A DNA stretch of 64,000 nucleotides from Gemmatimonadales bacterium (GCA_013812695.1 JACCSZ010000248.1:5556-69555); one strand, 5' to 3'; positions 19,749 to 34,028 are shown, counted from the stretch's first letter. A program made the numbers and translations. The notes: generated by a model not told the origin, from the letters alone.

Positions 19749-20689
19749 CCAGCCCTTTGCTTCGCTCGGCGGTGCCCATCACGGAAAGCCGGCTGCCCTT
19801 GCCGCTGCTTCGCCGCGGCAAAGTGCGCGAAGTGTATGAGGCCGACCGGGGACACCTGCTGCTCGTCGCGAGCGACCGGGTGAGCGCGTTCGACGTCGTG
19901 ATGCGCGAGCCCGTTCCCCGGAAAGGCGCGGTGCTCACCCAGATGAGCGCGTTCTGGTTCCGGCGGCTGGCTGGCGTGGTCGCGTCGCACTTCGTGACCG
20001 CCGGGACCGCCGAGATCATCGAACGCGTGCCTGCCCTGGCCGGCCGGGGCGACGAGATCGCCGGCCGCGCCATGCTCGTCCGCCGCACGTCGCCGGTCCC
20101 GTTCGAGTGCGTGGTACGCGGGTACCTCGCGGGGTCCGCGTGGGCCGAGTACCGCGCGCACGGGACGCTGGCGGGTGAGGCGCTGCCGGCCGGTCTCCAG
20201 GAGAGTTCGCGGCTGGACCCCCCACTGTTCTCGCCCGCGACGAAAGCCGAGAGCGGGCATGACGAGAACGTGGCCTTCGAGCGGATGGTGGATGGGCTCG
20301 GCCGCGAGCTGGCCGTCCGCCTCCGCCAGGCGAGCTTCGCCGTCTACGCTGCTGGGCGCGAGTACGCGGACGGTCGGGGCATCATCATCGCCGATACCAA
20401 GTTCGAATTCGGCTCCGCCGCGGACGGCACCCTGCTGCTCATCGACGAAGTCATGACGCCGGACAGCTCGCGCTTCTGGCCGTCGAATCACTATGCCCCG
20501 GGCCAGAGCCAGCCGAGCTTCGACAAGCAGCCGTTGCGCGACTATCTCGCCGGCCTGCGCGCGGCGGGCGGGTGGAACGGGGACGCGCCGCCGCCACCCC
20601 TCCCCGACGAAGTCGTGACCGCCACCAGCGCCCGGTATCTGGAGGCGTACCGCCTGCTGACGGGTGCGGACCTGGAGGCGAGCGCGTGA
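19745..20689 (+). CDS. purC: phosphoribosylaminoimidazole-succinocarboxamide (SAICAR) synthase
   Basis: [12 protein letters not shown]...[13 protein letters not shown]...[11 protein letters not shown]...[14 protein letters not shown]. Confidence 0.9.
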   Translation: MTSPLLRSAVPITESRLPLPLLRRGKVREVYEADRGHLLLVASDRVSAFDVVMREPVPRKGAVLTQMSAFWFRRLAGVVASHFVTAGTAEIIERVPALAGRGDEIAGRAMLVRRTSPVPFECVVRGYLAGSAWAEYRAHGTLAGEALPAGLQESSRLDPPLFSPATKAESGHDENVAFERMVDGLGRELAVRLRQASFAVYAAGREYADGRGIIIADTKFEFGSAADGTLLLIDEVMTPDSSRFWPSNHYAPGQSQPSFDKQPLRDYLAGLRAAGGWNGDAPPPPLPDEVVTATSARYLEAYRLLTGADLEASA

Positions 20690-21336
20690 TTCGCACCGCG
20701 CCGGAAGGCCGCTGGTTCATCGCCGGGGCGTGGGTCGTGGCGCTCGGGCTGGTGCTCGTCGCGGTGCGGACCGGTTCGCCGGCCTGGATCGTGGCCGCGG
20801 CGCTGTGGTTCGCGCTCGCGCTCTGGGTCGTCGCCTTCTTCCGGGATCCCGAACGAAACTGGTCCCGCGGCGACCGACTGCTCGTGGCGCCGGCGGACGG
20901 CAAGATCGTGAGCGTCGTCGAGGTCGATGAGCCGACGTTCTTCCAGGGGCGTGCCCGGCGGGTGTCGATCTTCATGAACGTGTTCGACTGCCACGTGAAC
21001 CGGTATCCGGCCGGCGGCACGGTGACCTACCGGCACTACAACCCGGGCGAGTTCGGCCACGCCGCGGCCGAGAAGTCGAGCCTGTCCAACGAGCAGTCGT
21101 CGGTCGGCCTCGCGACCGCCAGGGGCAAGGTGCTGGTCCGGCAGATCGCCGGGCTGATCGCGCGGCGGATCGTCACCGATCACCAGGTCGGCACGGCCGT
21201 GCAGCAGGGGGAGCGCCTGGGCATGATCCGGTTCGGCTCCCGGGTAGATCTCTTTCTGCCGCTGGATACCCGGGTGCTGGTGCACGTCGGGGACACCACG
21301 CGGGTGGGGGTGACCGTGGTGGGCGAATGGAGCTGA
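20686..21336 (+). CDS. psd: phosphatidylserine decarboxylase proenzyme (short Asd/Psd type)
   Basis: GTG at 20686 forms a GTGA overlap with the purC stop. [12 protein letters not shown]...[17 protein letters not shown]...[14 protein letters not shown] contains the GS cleavage-site context. Confidence 0.8.
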   Translation: MIRTAPEGRWFIAGAWVVALGLVLVAVRTGSPAWIVAAALWFALALWVVAFFRDPERNWSRGDRLLVAPADGKIVSVVEVDEPTFFQGRARRVSIFMNVFDCHVNRYPAGGTVTYRHYNPGEFGHAAAEKSSLSNEQSSVGLATARGKVLVRQIAGLIARRIVTDHQVGTAVQQGERLGMIRFGSRVDLFLPLDTRVLVHVGDTTRVGVTVVGEWS

Positions 21337-22220
21337 TTCCGCGGGGGAGCGCGGGCGGCCGGCGGCCGACGATCCGTCAGGTGGTCGTCGTCATGCCGAG
21401 CGCCTTCACCTTGGGCAACCTGTTCTTCGGGTTCTGGGCGATCGTCTCCGCCTTCAACGGCAACTTCCGGTGGGCGGGGTGGTTCATCGTCTTCTCGGGC
21501 ATCCTGGACATGCTCGACGGACGGGTGGCCCGGTTGTCGAACACCGGGTCGCGCTTTGGCGCGGAGCTCGATTCGCTGGTGGACATCGTGTCGTTCGGGG
21601 TGGCGCCGGCCCTGCTGATCTACTTCCTGGACTTCGCCAGCGCTGGCCGGTTCGCCTGGATCCTCTCGTACATCTACGTCACCGCGGTGGCGCTCCGCCT
21701 CGCACGATACAACGTGGTCTCGGCCGGGAAGCCGGAGACGGCGTGGTTCACGGGGATGCCGTCGCCCTCGGCGGGGATGATGCTTGCGGTCTACTATCCC
21801 TTCAGCCAGACCGAGTGGTATCGGGCGTCGATCGCCTACCTCGACCTGCAGCATCAAGGCCTGGTGGTGCTGATGCTGCTGCTCGCGCTGCTGATGGTCA
21901 GCAACGTCAAGTATCCCAAATTCCCGCGGATCGGGCTCCGGAGCGCCAAGGGGCTCTTCGGCCTCGGGGTGCACCTAGCGATCCTGATCGGCGCGCTCGT
22001 CGCCCCCGAGTATTTTCTGTTTCCGCTCGGGCTCACCTACATGATCTACGGCCTCGCGCGCGCTGCCGTGCTCGGCTTCATGGAGCGGTCCGAGCCGGCG
22101 GGCGCCGTCGAGGACCAGCTCGCGGACCCGCACGACGCAGCCGAGGCTGCGCCCGAAACGACCACCATGCTCGAACGCCGCGCCGGCTGGGCCGACCGGC
22201 GCCAGAAGCCAGAGGACTGA
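21327..22220 (+). CDS. pssA: CDP-diacylglycerol--serine O-phosphatidyltransferase
   Basis: CDP-alcohol phosphatidyltransferase motif, [12 protein letters not shown]...GAELDSLVD. Multi-TM protein. Confidence 0.85.
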   Translation: MELIPRGSAGGRRPTIRQVVVVMPSAFTLGNLFFGFWAIVSAFNGNFRWAGWFIVFSGILDMLDGRVARLSNTGSRFGAELDSLVDIVSFGVAPALLIYFLDFASAGRFAWILSYIYVTAVALRLARYNVVSAGKPETAWFTGMPSPSAGMMLAVYYPFSQTEWYRASIAYLDLQHQGLVVLMLLLALLMVSNVKYPKFPRIGLRSAKGLFGLGVHLAILIGALVAPEYFLFPLGLTYMIYGLARAAVLGFMERSEPAGAVEDQLADPHDAAEAAPETTTMLERRAGWADRRQKPED

Positions 22221-22471
22221 TGAGCTATCGAGTGCAGGTGCGCGTGATGCCGCGGGGCGGGCTCCTGGATCCGCAAGGGCAGGCCGTGGAGCACGCCTTG
22301 TCGGCGCTGGGATTTCCCGATGCCAGCGCCGTTCGCGTCGGGCGGGCAATCGAACTCGAGGTCGCCGCCGAATCCCGGCGCGAGGCCGAGGCCCGCGTGC
22401 GGCAGATGTGCGACAAGCTGCTTGCCAACCCGGTGACCGAGGACTATCTGCTCGAGGTCGGGGAGTCCTGA
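22220..22471 (+). CDS. purS: phosphoribosylformylglycinamidine synthase subunit PurS
   Basis: 83-aa C-terminal part of ORF 21470..22471: [32 protein letters not shown]. 1-nt overlap with the pssA stop. Confidence 0.85.
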   Translation: MSYRVQVRVMPRGGLLDPQGQAVEHALSALGFPDASAVRVGRAIELEVAAESRREAEARVRQMCDKLLANPVTEDYLLEVGES

Positions 22472-23190
22472 TGCTCACAGTGGCCGTGGTCCGCTTTCCG
22501 GGCAGCAATTGCGATGTCGACGCGCTCCGCGCGGTCGAGCGCGTCGGGGTCATGGCGCAGTTCGTCTGGCACCGCGACACCAGCCTGCACGGCGCCGATA
22601 TCGTGATCCTCCCCGGTGGGTTCAGCTACGGCGACTACCTCAGATCCGGCGCCATCGCGCGGTTCAGCCCGGTCATGCAGGCGGTGCAGCGACACGCGGC
22701 GGACGGCGGGCCGGTCCTCGGCATCTGCAACGGCTTCCAGATTCTCTGCGAGGCGCACCTGTTGCCTGGTGCCCTGCTCCGGAACGCCGGGCTCGCGTTC
22801 GTCTCGAAGCCGGTGGACGTGGTGGTGGAGCGCACCGCGACGGCCTTCACGTCGGTGTTCGAGCCGGGCGTCCGCCTTCGGCTGCCGGTGGCGCACGGGG
22901 ACGGCCGGTTCGTCGCCGCCGAGGACACGCTCCGGATGCTCGAGGCCGAAGGACGGGTGGTGCTCCGCTACGTTCCGGCCACCGAGGAGTCGCCCCTGCA
23001 GCCCAATCCGAACGGCTCCGCCAACCATATTGCCGGGATCAGCAACGCCACGGGCACCGTCGTCGGCCTCATGCCCCATCCCGAGCGCGTCGCCGACCCG
23101 CTCCTCGGCGTGCCCGACGGTCTCGGATTCTTCACCTCGCTCGCGGCCTGGCGGCCGCCCGTTTCCACCCTCAGCACTCCAAACCCATGA
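22471..23190 (+). CDS. purQ: phosphoribosylformylglycinamidine synthase glutaminase subunit PurQ
   Basis: [15 protein letters not shown]...[12 protein letters not shown]...GICNGFQIL...MPHPER. Confidence 0.9.
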   Translation: MLTVAVVRFPGSNCDVDALRAVERVGVMAQFVWHRDTSLHGADIVILPGGFSYGDYLRSGAIARFSPVMQAVQRHAADGGPVLGICNGFQILCEAHLLPGALLRNAGLAFVSKPVDVVVERTATAFTSVFEPGVRLRLPVAHGDGRFVAAEDTLRMLEAEGRVVLRYVPATEESPLQPNPNGSANHIAGISNATGTVVGLMPHPERVADPLLGVPDGLGFFTSLAAWRPPVSTLSTPNP

Positions 23191-23519
23191 CCACCGACAA
23201 GCCAAGCCGCAACGAGGACGAGTACTTCGTCAAGCAGGAAGCCGAGTTGCTCCGGAAGCAGCGGGCGCAATCCGACAGCGCCGCGCGCGAAGCCGAGCGC
23301 AAGACGCACCTCATGAAATGCCCCAAGGATGGGTACGATCTGGCCTCCAGCGTGTATCACGGCGTGCAGATCGAGACCTGCCCCCACTGCGGCGGGATAT
23401 GGCTCGACGCGGGCGAGCTCGAAGCCGTCGCCAACGAGGAGCGGCCGGGCCTGATCACCCGGGTGTTCTCCGACGCGTTCTCCAGCCTCGGCCGCTCGCC
23501 CCGGAAGAAGCCTTCGTGA
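23187..23519 (+). CDS. small zinc-ribbon protein (TFIIB-type zinc ribbon, CPxxG...[10 protein letters not shown])
   Basis: 110-aa C-terminal part of ORF 22509..23519. It has an ATGA overlap with the purQ stop and a GTGA overlap with the purL start. [10 protein letters not shown]...[18 protein letters not shown] is the zinc-ribbon pattern. Confidence 0.6.
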   Translation: MTTDKPSRNEDEYFVKQEAELLRKQRAQSDSAAREAERKTHLMKCPKDGYDLASSVYHGVQIETCPHCGGIWLDAGELEAVANEERPGLITRVFSDAFSSLGRSPRKKPS

Positions 23520-25831
23520 CCAGCTCGACGGCGGCCGCTGTGGTGACCGCCGCCTCGCCCTTCCCGGGCGAGCGGCCGGTCACCGATGCCGTCGTTCGCG
23601 AACACAATCTGAACGAGGTCGAGTACGGCCGCATCCTCGAGCTGCTCGGCCGCACGCCGACCCTGACCGAGCTCGGTGTGTTCTCGGCGCTCTGGTCCGA
23701 GCACTGCTCGTACAAGCACTCGAAGCCGGTGCTCCAGACCTTTCCGACCGCCGGACCGCAGGTGGTCCAGGGCCCGGGTGAGAACGCCGGCGTGCTGCGC
23801 TTGCCCGACGGCTGGGCCGTGGCGTTCAAGATCGAGTCGCACAATCACCCGTCCGCCGTGGAGCCGTATCAGGGCGCGGCGACCGGCGTGGGCGGCATTC
23901 TGCGCGACGTCTTCACGATGGGCGCGCGGCCGGTCGCGGTGCTCAACAGTCTTCGGTTCGGTCCGCTCGACCAGCCGCGCAACCGCTACCTGTTCGCCGG
24001 GGTCGTGCGCGGCGTCGGCGATTACGGCAACTGCGTCGGCATCCCGACGCTCGGGGGTGAGGTCGGTTTCGCGCCGGGCTACACGGGCAACCCGCTCGTG
24101 AACGCGATGTGCGTCGGGCTGCTCCGGGAATCCGACCTGATCCGCGCGGCGGCGCATGGCGTCGGCAACGTGCTGCTGTGCGTGGGCGCGCGGACCGGCC
24201 GCGACGGCATTCATGGGGCCAGCTTCGCCTCCGAGGAGCTGAGCGAGCGGAGCGAGGCCCGCCGGCCCCAGGTGCAGGTGGGCGACCCGTTCACCGAGAA
24301 ACTGCTGCTCGAGGCGAGCCTCGAGCTCATCACCTCGGGCCTCATCGTCGCCATCCAGGACATGGGCGCCGCCGGGCTGACCAGCTCGAGCGCCGAGATG
24401 GCGGCGCGCGGCGGAGTGGGCGTCGAGATCGACACCGGGTTGGTTCCCACCCGCGAGGCGGGAATGACACCGTATGAGATCCTGTTGTCCGAATCTCAGG
24501 AACGGATGCTGGTCGTGGCCGAGCCGTACCGGGTGGAGGAGATCCAGCGGGTGTGCGCCAAGTGGGAGCTCGGCGCCGAGCCCATCGGGCACGTGACCGA
24601 TGACGGGATCTTCCGGGTCCGGCATCATGGCCTCGTCGTGGCGGCCATTCCCGGGCAACGCCTGGTGGACGACTGCCCGATCTATCAACCCGCGGCCCGC
24701 GAGGGCGAGGACGCCCGGGCGCGCCGGACGGCCAAGCCTCAGCGCCCGGCCAGGACCGATCTGCAGGGCGCGCTCGAGCTGTTGCTGGACTCGCCGAATC
24801 TCGCCAGCAAGCGGTGGGTGTACGAGCAGTATGACTCGACCGTGCAGGCCTCGACCGTCCTGGGCCCCGGCGGCGACGCGGGGGTGCTCCAGGTGCCGGG
24901 CACCGCGTTCGGTCTGGCGGTGACGGTGGACTGCAACAACCGGCTGGTCGCGCTCGACCCGTATGAGGGCGGCAAGGCGGCCGTGGCCGAAGCGGCCCGC
25001 AACATCGCCTGCACAGGCGCGGTCCCGCTCGGGATCACGGACTGCCTCAACTTCGGCAACCCTGAAAAGCCCGAAGTGTTCTTTCAATTTCGTGAGGCCT
25101 GCCGGGGCATCGCCGACGCCTGCCGGGCGTTCGACACACCGGTGACCGGCGGCAACGTCAGCTTCTACAACGAAAGCCCGGCCGGCGCCGTCGATCCGAC
25201 CCCGACGATCGGGATGGTCGGCCTGCTCGCGCGCGTCGCCGACCGCGTGCCGAGTCACTTCTCGACGCCGGGAGACGAGATTCTGCTCCTCGGTGCCACC
25301 CGCGGGGGGCTTGGCGGCTCGGCGTACTGGACCGAGGTCTTCGACTTCATCGGCGGCAGCCCGGCCCCGGTGGACCTCGCGGCCGAGCGCAGTCTCCAAC
25401 GGCTGCTCGCGAGCGCGGCGGGCCGGGGCCTGCTGCGCTCGGCGCACGACGCCTCCGAGGGCGGTCTGGCCGTGGCCCTTGCCGAAGCCGCCATGGGAGA
25501 CGCCTATGTCGAATCCGGCTTCGGGGCCGTGGCGGACCTCGGCGCCTACGCCGATGGTGTGCCGGCCGAAGCAATCCTTTATGGGGAAGATGGGGCACGG
25601 GTGGTGACGTCGGCCGCACCATCCAACGTCGACGCCCTGGTGTCGCTGGCGGGCGAGCACGGCGTGCCCGTGCATCGCGCCGGGCGGGTCGGCGAGCGGG
25701 GTGGGGCGCTGGAACTTCGGCTGGGCGGGCGGCTGTTCACGTGGTCCATCGGCGCGCTGCGCCGGATCTATTACACGGCGATTCCCCGGCGGATGCGGCA
25801 TCCCGACGTGGACCGCTCGGCGGGAGCGTAA
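23516..25831 (+). CDS. purL: phosphoribosylformylglycinamidine synthase subunit PurL
   Basis: GTG at 23516 (aa 301 of ORF 22616..25831). [19 protein letters not shown]...[28 protein letters not shown]. Confidence 0.95.
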   Translation: MTSSTAAAVVTAASPFPGERPVTDAVVREHNLNEVEYGRILELLGRTPTLTELGVFSALWSEHCSYKHSKPVLQTFPTAGPQVVQGPGENAGVLRLPDGWAVAFKIESHNHPSAVEPYQGAATGVGGILRDVFTMGARPVAVLNSLRFGPLDQPRNRYLFAGVVRGVGDYGNCVGIPTLGGEVGFAPGYTGNPLVNAMCVGLLRESDLIRAAAHGVGNVLLCVGARTGRDGIHGASFASEELSERSEARRPQVQVGDPFTEKLLLEASLELITSGLIVAIQDMGAAGLTSSSAEMAARGGVGVEIDTGLVPTREAGMTPYEILLSESQERMLVVAEPYRVEEIQRVCAKWELGAEPIGHVTDDGIFRVRHHGLVVAAIPGQRLVDDCPIYQPAAREGEDARARRTAKPQRPARTDLQGALELLLDSPNLASKRWVYEQYDSTVQASTVLGPGGDAGVLQVPGTAFGLAVTVDCNNRLVALDPYEGGKAAVAEAARNIACTGAVPLGITDCLNFGNPEKPEVFFQFREACRGIADACRAFDTPVTGGNVSFYNESPAGAVDPTPTIGMVGLLARVADRVPSHFSTPGDEILLLGATRGGLGGSAYWTEVFDFIGGSPAPVDLAAERSLQRLLASAAGRGLLRSAHDASEGGLAVALAEAAMGDAYVESGFGAVADLGAYADGVPAEAILYGEDGARVVTSAAPSNVDALVSLAGEHGVPVHRAGRVGERGGALELRLGGRLFTWSIGALRRIYYTAIPRRMRHPDVDRSAGA

Positions 25832-25834
25832 GGC

Positions 25835-27225
25835 ATGTGCGGCATCATCGGCGTCTCCGGAATTCCTGAAGCGGCTCAGCTGACCTACCTCGGGCTCTAC
25901 GCCCTCCAGCATCGGGGGCAGGAGAGCGCGGGCATCGTGGCGATCGATGCCGACGGCATCGCGCGCTCGCACCGGGGTATGGGCCTCGTAAGCGAGACCT
26001 TCGAGGAAGCGACACTGGCGACCTTGCCGGGTGACGTGGCCGTTGGCCACACCCGATACTCGACGACCGGGAGCACGGTGCTGGCCAACGCCCAGCCGTG
26101 CCACGTGGCCACCCGGTGCGGTCCGCTCGCCATCGCCCACAACGGCAACATCATCAACGCCGCCGAGATCAAGCGCGATCTGGTAGACAAGGGCGCGATC
26201 TTCACGACGTCCTCCGACACCGAGGTGCTGGTGCACCTGATCGCCCGCTCCGAGGCCGAGACGGTCGAGGACCAGATCCGGGATGCCCTCGAGCAGGTGG
26301 ACGGCGCGTACAGCCTGGTGATCGCCGTCGGGCGCACCCTCTACGCCGTGGTGGACAGCCGTGGGTTTCGCCCGCTGGTGCTCGGCCGCCTGGGCCACGG
26401 GATGGTGGTTGCCTCGGAGACCTGCGCTCTCGACCTGCTCGGCGCGCACATCGCCTGCGAGCTGCAGCCGGGGGATTTCGTCAGAATCGAGGACGGACGG
26501 GTCACCGAGTTGCCGCGGCTGTCGCCGCGCCGCGTCAGCCGCTGCGTGTTCGAGCTGGTCTACTTCGCCCGGCCCGACAGCACAGTGTTCGGCGAGTCGG
26601 TGGACCGCGCGCGCCGCGAGCTCGGACGGCAGCTCGCCCGCGAGCAGCCCGCCCCCAGGGGCGACGTCGTGTTCAGCGTGCCCGACAGCTCTAACGCCAT
26701 GGCGCTCGGGTTTTCGGAGGTGTCGGACATCAAGCTCGAGTACGGCCTGATTCGGAACCATTACGTGGGCCGCACGTTCATCAACCCCACCCAGGATCAT
26801 CGGGTGGCCAAGGTGAAGATCAAGTTCAATCCGGTGCGCGACGTCATCCAGGGCAAGTCGGTCGTCGTCGTGGACGACAGCCTGGTTCGCGGCAATACCA
26901 GCAAGAGCCTGGTGCAGATGATCCGGGCCGCGGGCGCGCGCGAAGTGCACCTGCGTCTGGGCTCGCCGCCGATCACCGGACCGTGCCTCTACGGGATCGA
27001 TACGCCGACCAGCGCGGAGCTGATCGCCGCGACCCATTCGACCGAGGAGATCCGCGAGTTCCTCGGCGTCGACTCGCTCGGGTACCTCTCGCTCGAGGGC
27101 ATGCTGCGCGCGGCGGGCAGGGCCAACGAGTACTGTCACGCCTGCTTCTCGGGCGCCTACCCCACGCGGATCCCCGGCGCGCTCGTTCAGCTCCGGGATG
27201 CCGCGCCGCTCGTGGCCACGCCCGC

Positions 27226-27229
<4 letters not shown>
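25835..27229 (+). CDS. purF: amidophosphoribosyltransferase
   Basis: MCGIIGV...GHTRYSTTG...VVVVDDSLVRGNTS. Confidence 0.95.
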
Positions 27230-29892
<2,663 letters not shown>

Positions 29893-29899
29893 ATAGGCG

Positions 29900-30250
29900 C
29901 TACGCCCGCGCGAAGATTTCGATCATGGAGTGCGCCGCGACGTCGAGGTCCCGCCGAGGTCCCGGAAAGCGGCCGTCCGTGATCTCGACATCGTCGATGG
30001 AAGTGGTGAGGAAGGTGCGCCAGCCGGGCAGGTCACCGCTCTGGCTGGCGCCGCCGGTCTGATAGGCGATGAGCATTGGTTCACCCGCATCGTGAAGCCC
30101 GAGCAAGTGCGGCTCGATGATGCGCTCGCGATCGTGATAGCGGAGCCGAACGACCCGGTGGTCGAGGATCGCGATCACCAGGCGCTCGGTGCCCGTGAGG
30201 TCGTCCTCGCCACGCGGGGAATCCGCGCGCCGCTCGCCCTGCTGGTGCAT
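29900..30250 (-). CDS. small standalone WYL-like domain protein
   Basis: 116-aa C-terminal part of ORF 29900..30856, starting at the ATG at 30250. VVRLRYHDRERIIEPHLLGLHDAGEPMLIAYQ...GWRTFLTTSIDDVEI resembles the WYL beta-barrel pattern. The assignment rests on motif resemblance only. Confidence 0.4.
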   Translation of the reverse strand: MHQQGERRADSPRGEDDLTGTERLVIAILDHRVVRLRYHDRERIIEPHLLGLHDAGEPMLIAYQTGGASQSGDLPGWRTFLTTSIDDVEITDGRFPGPRRDLDVAAHSMIEIFARA

Positions 30251-30403
30251 GGAGCCGCTCCTGGAATGGACTTCGGGCGGCAAGGTAGGCGTGCCGGGGT
30301 GCCCGAGCCGTGACCCCTGACCCCCCAGCTTGCCCCGGGCGATGGGGCCGCCCTTAATTCCTCCCCACCGGCTCGGCCGCCCCATCCTTTTTCCGAGGAC
30401 AGC

Positions 30404-30898
30404 ATGAGCGCACCCGTCGTGGCCATCGTGATGGGCAGCGACTCCGACTGGGAGGTCATGCAGCACGCGAGCCGCAGGCTGCTCGACTTCGACGTGCCGC
30501 ACGAGAGCCGAGTGGTGAGCGCGCACCGGACGCCGGACCTGCTGTTCCGGTTCGCGGAGGAGGCACGCGGCCGCGGGCTCCGGTGCATCATCGCCGGCGC
30601 GGGGGGCGCCGCGCACTTGCCCGGCATGCTGGCCGCCAAGACGACGTTGCCCATCCTCGGGGTCCCCATGACGTCCTCCTCGCTGCAGGGACTCGATTCG
30701 CTGCTGTCGATCGTGCAGATGCCCGCCGGCGTGCCCGTCGCCACCTTCGCGATCGGAGCGGCGGGTGCGCAGAACGCGGCGCTGTTCGCCGTGGAGCTCC
30801 TCGCCCTGGGCGACGCCCCGCTCGCGGCAAAGCTGGACGCGTTCCGGTCGGCGCAAACCGAGAGAATCCTGAGCCTCACGCTCCCGGCGCCGGCGTGA
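30404..30898 (+). CDS. purE: N5-carboxyaminoimidazole ribonucleotide mutase
   Basis: [11 protein letters not shown]...SAHRTP...[14 protein letters not shown]...PILGVP. Confidence 0.95.
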   Translation: MSAPVVAIVMGSDSDWEVMQHASRRLLDFDVPHESRVVSAHRTPDLLFRFAEEARGRGLRCIIAGAGGAAHLPGMLAAKTTLPILGVPMTSSSLQGLDSLLSIVQMPAGVPVATFAIGAAGAQNAALFAVELLALGDAPLAAKLDAFRSAQTERILSLTLPAPA

Positions 30899-32043
30899 TC
30901 CTGCCGGGAGCCACCCTCGGCATCCTGGGCGGAGGCCAGCTCGGGCGGATGTTCACGATGCGCGCGCGGACGATGGGCTACCGCGTCGTCGTGCTCGATC
31001 CCGACGGGGAGAGTCCCGCCGGAGACCTCGCCGACCGGCATCTGCGCGCCGCCTACACCGACGAGGCGGCTATCGATCAGCTCGCGGCTGCGTGCGCGGC
31101 CGTCACGACCGAGTTCGAGAATGTGCCGGCTGCCACGCTGGAGCGCCTGGCGCGGAGCCGTATCGTTCGGCCTCCCGTCGAGGCCGTGGCGATCGCGCAG
31201 GATCGGATCGCCGAAAAGGGCTTCCTCCAGAAAGCGCGCTTCGCCACCGCGCCGTTCCGTGTGGTGCGCGACGCCGCGGAGCTGGCGTCGGCCGTCCGCG
31301 CCATTCACACGCCCGCGCTGCTCAAAACGAGCCGGCTGGGATACGACGGGAAAGGTCAGGCCGTGGTGACCGACACCGAGTCGGCGGCGGCGGCGTTCGA
31401 GCGCTTCGGCCGGGTCCCGTGTGTGCTGGAGGAGCGGCTGGCGCTCGAGACCGAGCTGTCCGTCGTGCTGGCCAGGGGAGCGGACGGAGACATCGCGGTC
31501 TTTCCCGCCGGCGAGAATCGGCACCGCGACGGCATCCTGGAAACCACCGTGGTGCCGGCCAGGGTCACGCAGCGCCTGACCGACGATGCGCGTGACCTCG
31601 CCGTCGCGGTCGCACAGGGAATGGAGTACGTGGGTGTGCTGGGCGTCGAGCTGTTTGTCGCCAACGGCGGGCGCTTATACGTCAACGAGATCGCTCCGCG
31701 GCCGCACAACAGCGGACACTTTACGCTGGACGCCTGTACCGTCGACCAGTTCGAGCAGCAGGTCCGGACCCTCTGCGGGCTGCCGCTCGGGCGGCCCAGG
31801 CTGCTCACTCCGGTCGCCATGATCAACCTGATGGGCGACCTGTGGGAGTCGGGCGAGCCGCGCTGGGCCGGAGCGTTTCGCCACCCCGGAGTGCGGCTGC
31901 ATCTGTATGGCAAGACCGAGCCGAGGCCCGGGCGGAAGATGGGCCACCTCACCTGCCTCGCGGGCGACGCCGATCAGGCGCTCGCGCTGGCGCACGAGGC
32001 TTTCGCGGCACTGCAGTGCCTGCCCGCGCCCGCCACCATTTAA
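30895..32043 (+). CDS. purK: N5-carboxyaminoimidazole ribonucleotide synthase
   Basis: GTG at 30895 forms a GTGA overlap with the purE stop. [12 protein letters not shown]...YDGKGQ...[12 protein letters not shown]...RKMGH. Confidence 0.9.
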   Translation: MILPGATLGILGGGQLGRMFTMRARTMGYRVVVLDPDGESPAGDLADRHLRAAYTDEAAIDQLAAACAAVTTEFENVPAATLERLARSRIVRPPVEAVAIAQDRIAEKGFLQKARFATAPFRVVRDAAELASAVRAIHTPALLKTSRLGYDGKGQAVVTDTESAAAAFERFGRVPCVLEERLALETELSVVLARGADGDIAVFPAGENRHRDGILETTVVPARVTQRLTDDARDLAVAVAQGMEYVGVLGVELFVANGGRLYVNEIAPRPHNSGHFTLDACTVDQFEQQVRTLCGLPLGRPRLLTPVAMINLMGDLWESGEPRWAGAFRHPGVRLHLYGKTEPRPGRKMGHLTCLAGDADQALALAHEAFAALQCLPAPATI

Positions 32044-32058
32044 ACCGAGGAACTTCCG

Positions 32059-32643
32059 ATGCTGCTCACTGCTCTCATCACCACCGCGGCCCTGACCACC
32101 TGGTCGGTCGCGCCACCCGGACGGACGGCGGCCGACACCGCCTGTCAGGTACTGCCCGACAACGTCCCGATCAAAGGCCGGAAGAGCCCGTTGGACTCCA
32201 TCACGTTCAGCGTTGGCAAGCAGACGGTCAAGCTGTGTTATGGGCGACCTTCGTCGCGCGGCCGGACGATGCTCGGCGGTTCGGCCGTGCCGTACGGCAA
32301 GCTCTGGCGGACGGGCGCGAACGAGGCGACGACGTTCAGCACGCCCGTGGCGTTGACGGTCGGCGGCATCAGCGTGCCGGCCGGGACGTACTCGCTGTAC
32401 ACCGTCCCCAACGCGGGCCAGTGGGAGATCATCGTCAATCGGTCGACCAAACAGTGGGGAGAGGAGAGCGGCTACACCCGGGAGGTCCAGGCGCAGGAAG
32501 TCGGACGCGCAAAGGTCAAGGCGGAAGCGGTCTCCCAGCCGGTGGAGACTTTCACCGTCCGGAGCGAGGGCGCCGGGAGCGGCGCAAGCCTGATCCTCGA
32601 ATGGGAGAAGACCCGGGTCCGGGTGCCCGTGAAGCCGGCGTGA
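32059..32643 (+). CDS. DUF2911-family secreted protein
   Basis: Signal peptide, then YGKLWRTGANEATTFSTPV...VPAGTYSLYTVP...WEIIVN. Confidence 0.7.
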   Translation: MLLTALITTAALTTWSVAPPGRTAADTACQVLPDNVPIKGRKSPLDSITFSVGKQTVKLCYGRPSSRGRTMLGGSAVPYGKLWRTGANEATTFSTPVALTVGGISVPAGTYSLYTVPNAGQWEIIVNRSTKQWGEESGYTREVQAQEVGRAKVKAEAVSQPVETFTVRSEGAGSGASLILEWEKTRVRVPVKPA

Positions 32644-32649
32644 CCGCGC

Positions 32650-33897
32650 TCAGTCCACGAGCTTGGTAACCGCCGCAACCAGGCGGTCCACCTCGTCGGT
32701 GGTCGTGTAGCAGGCGCACCCCGCGCGCACCAGACCGTGCGCCGAGAGACCCAGCCGCTCGACCACCGTCGTCGCGTAGAAGTCCCCGCTCGACACGAAC
32801 AGGCCGTCCTCCGCCAGTGCCTTGGCGACCTGGTCGCTGGTCCGCGCGCCAACCGTAAAGGCGACGGTCGGCGTGCGCGGGCGGCCGGGCGGCGGGCCGT
32901 AGAGGGCCACGCCGTCGATCTGCCCCAATCCTTCCCAGAGCCGTTCCAGCAGCGCCTGCCCGCGGTGGTGAAGCGCGGCCAGGCTCCGCGCGAGCCCATC
33001 GCGCCGCGCGCCACCGGGGGCGAGGGAGGCCAGAAAATCCACCGCTGCTCCGGCGCCCACGATCCCCTCGTGATTGAGGGTTCCGGTCTCGAGTCGCTCG
33101 GGCGCGGTCTCGGGAGCGGGGGCCAGCTTCGGGGCATCGAGGGCCTCGAGGCGCTCGCGCCGCCCATAGAGCACGCCGAGGTGGGGGCCGTAGAACTTGT
33201 ACGGCGAGCACGCCAGGAAGTCGCAACCGATGGCGCGCACATCCACGTGGGCGTGCGGCGCGTAATGTACGGCGTCCACGAAGCTCGACGCGCCCGCGGC
33301 GCGCGCCAGCGCGCAGGCGCGCCCGACGTCGTTGACCGTTCCGAGCGCGTTCGAGGCCGCGCCAATGGCGAGCAGCCGGGTCCGCGTGGAGAGCATGCGG
33401 TCCAGCGCGGTCCAGTCGAGCTGGCCAGTGTGCGGGAGGAACGGGACCACCCTGATCGTCACGCCCCGTTCGCGCTCGAGCGCTCGCCAGGGCGCGACGT
33501 TGGCGTGGTGATCCAGCTCGGTGATCACGATCTCGTCGCCCGCACCCCAGCCCCGGCCGAGGGCGCGTGCGAGATGGAAGGTCAGCGTCGTCATGTTGGC
33601 GCCGAAGACCACTTCGGTCGGGTCGGCGCCGAGGAAGTCGGCGAGCGCCGCCCGCGCGGCGGCGATCAGGCGGTCGGTCTCCTGGCTCGTCGGGTACTGC
33701 CAGTGGGTGTTGGCGTTGTGGTGCACGAGATAGTCGACCATCGCGTTCACGACCGACTGAGGCACCTGCGTGCCGCCCGGCCCGTCGAAGTAGGCTACCG
33801 GCATGCCTCCATGCTGCCGAGCCAGCGCAGGAAAGCTCTGACGGATCTTGGCCGGCGGCCACACCTCGGCGGGCGTTGACGGCGGAGCGGCAGTCAT
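32650..33897 (-). CDS. cysteine desulfurase-like class-V aminotransferase
   Basis: ITELDHHANVAPW...VDAVHYAPH...DFLACSPYKFYGPHLGVLYG (PLP-Lys context). Confidence 0.8.
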   Translation of the reverse strand: MTAAPPSTPAEVWPPAKIRQSFPALARQHGGMPVAYFDGPGGTQVPQSVVNAMVDYLVHHNANTHWQYPTSQETDRLIAAARAALADFLGADPTEVVFGANMTTLTFHLARALGRGWGAGDEIVITELDHHANVAPWRALERERGVTIRVVPFLPHTGQLDWTALDRMLSTRTRLLAIGAASNALGTVNDVGRACALARAAGASSFVDAVHYAPHAHVDVRAIGCDFLACSPYKFYGPHLGVLYGRRERLEALDAPKLAPAPETAPERLETGTLNHEGIVGAGAAVDFLASLAPGGARRDGLARSLAALHHRGQALLERLWEGLGQIDGVALYGPPPGRPRTPTVAFTVGARTSDQVAKALAEDGLFVSSGDFYATTVVERLGLSAHGLVRAGCACYTTTDEVDRLVAAVTKLVD

Positions 33898-34005
33898 AAT
33901 TAGCTCAGAGATCAGGTGACATCAGAAATCCTAGGTATCAACATAAGAACGGTTTGCAGGATGGCATTGAACAAACAATCGACAGCTGTACTTAATCGAG
34001 TTGGC

Positions 34006-34028
34006 TGATCGGTGCTCGTGACCGATCA
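34006..34028. promoter_or_regulatory. palindrome TGATCGGT-N7-ACCGATCA in an AT-rich divergent promoter region (candidate operator)
   Basis: Read directly. It sits 60 nt upstream of the 34088 start, within the 190-nt gap between divergent genes. Confidence 0.3.

Noticed and set aside
23357-27139. 1260-aa minus-strand ORF. Similar giants occur at 27187..29739, 53073..55265, 5343..7610, 8258..10033, 16558..18054 and 47778..49577.
   Set aside because: Each lies antisense to a gene with unmistakable homology (purL/purF, ppdK, GH39, MCP, HD-GYP, HtrA, ferritin-like). Their sequences are low-complexity and rich in R/G/A/P/H. Long stop-free antisense frames are expected at ~70% GC.
30251-30403. Possible riboswitch or leader upstream of purE. 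The same question applies upstream of truA (15942..16079) and the dus operon (40891..40964).
   Set aside because: I could not recognise purine, ZTP, THF, c-di-GMP or M-box consensus elements by eye. A covariance-model scan (Rfam/Infernal) would be needed, and a hit there would overturn this rejection.
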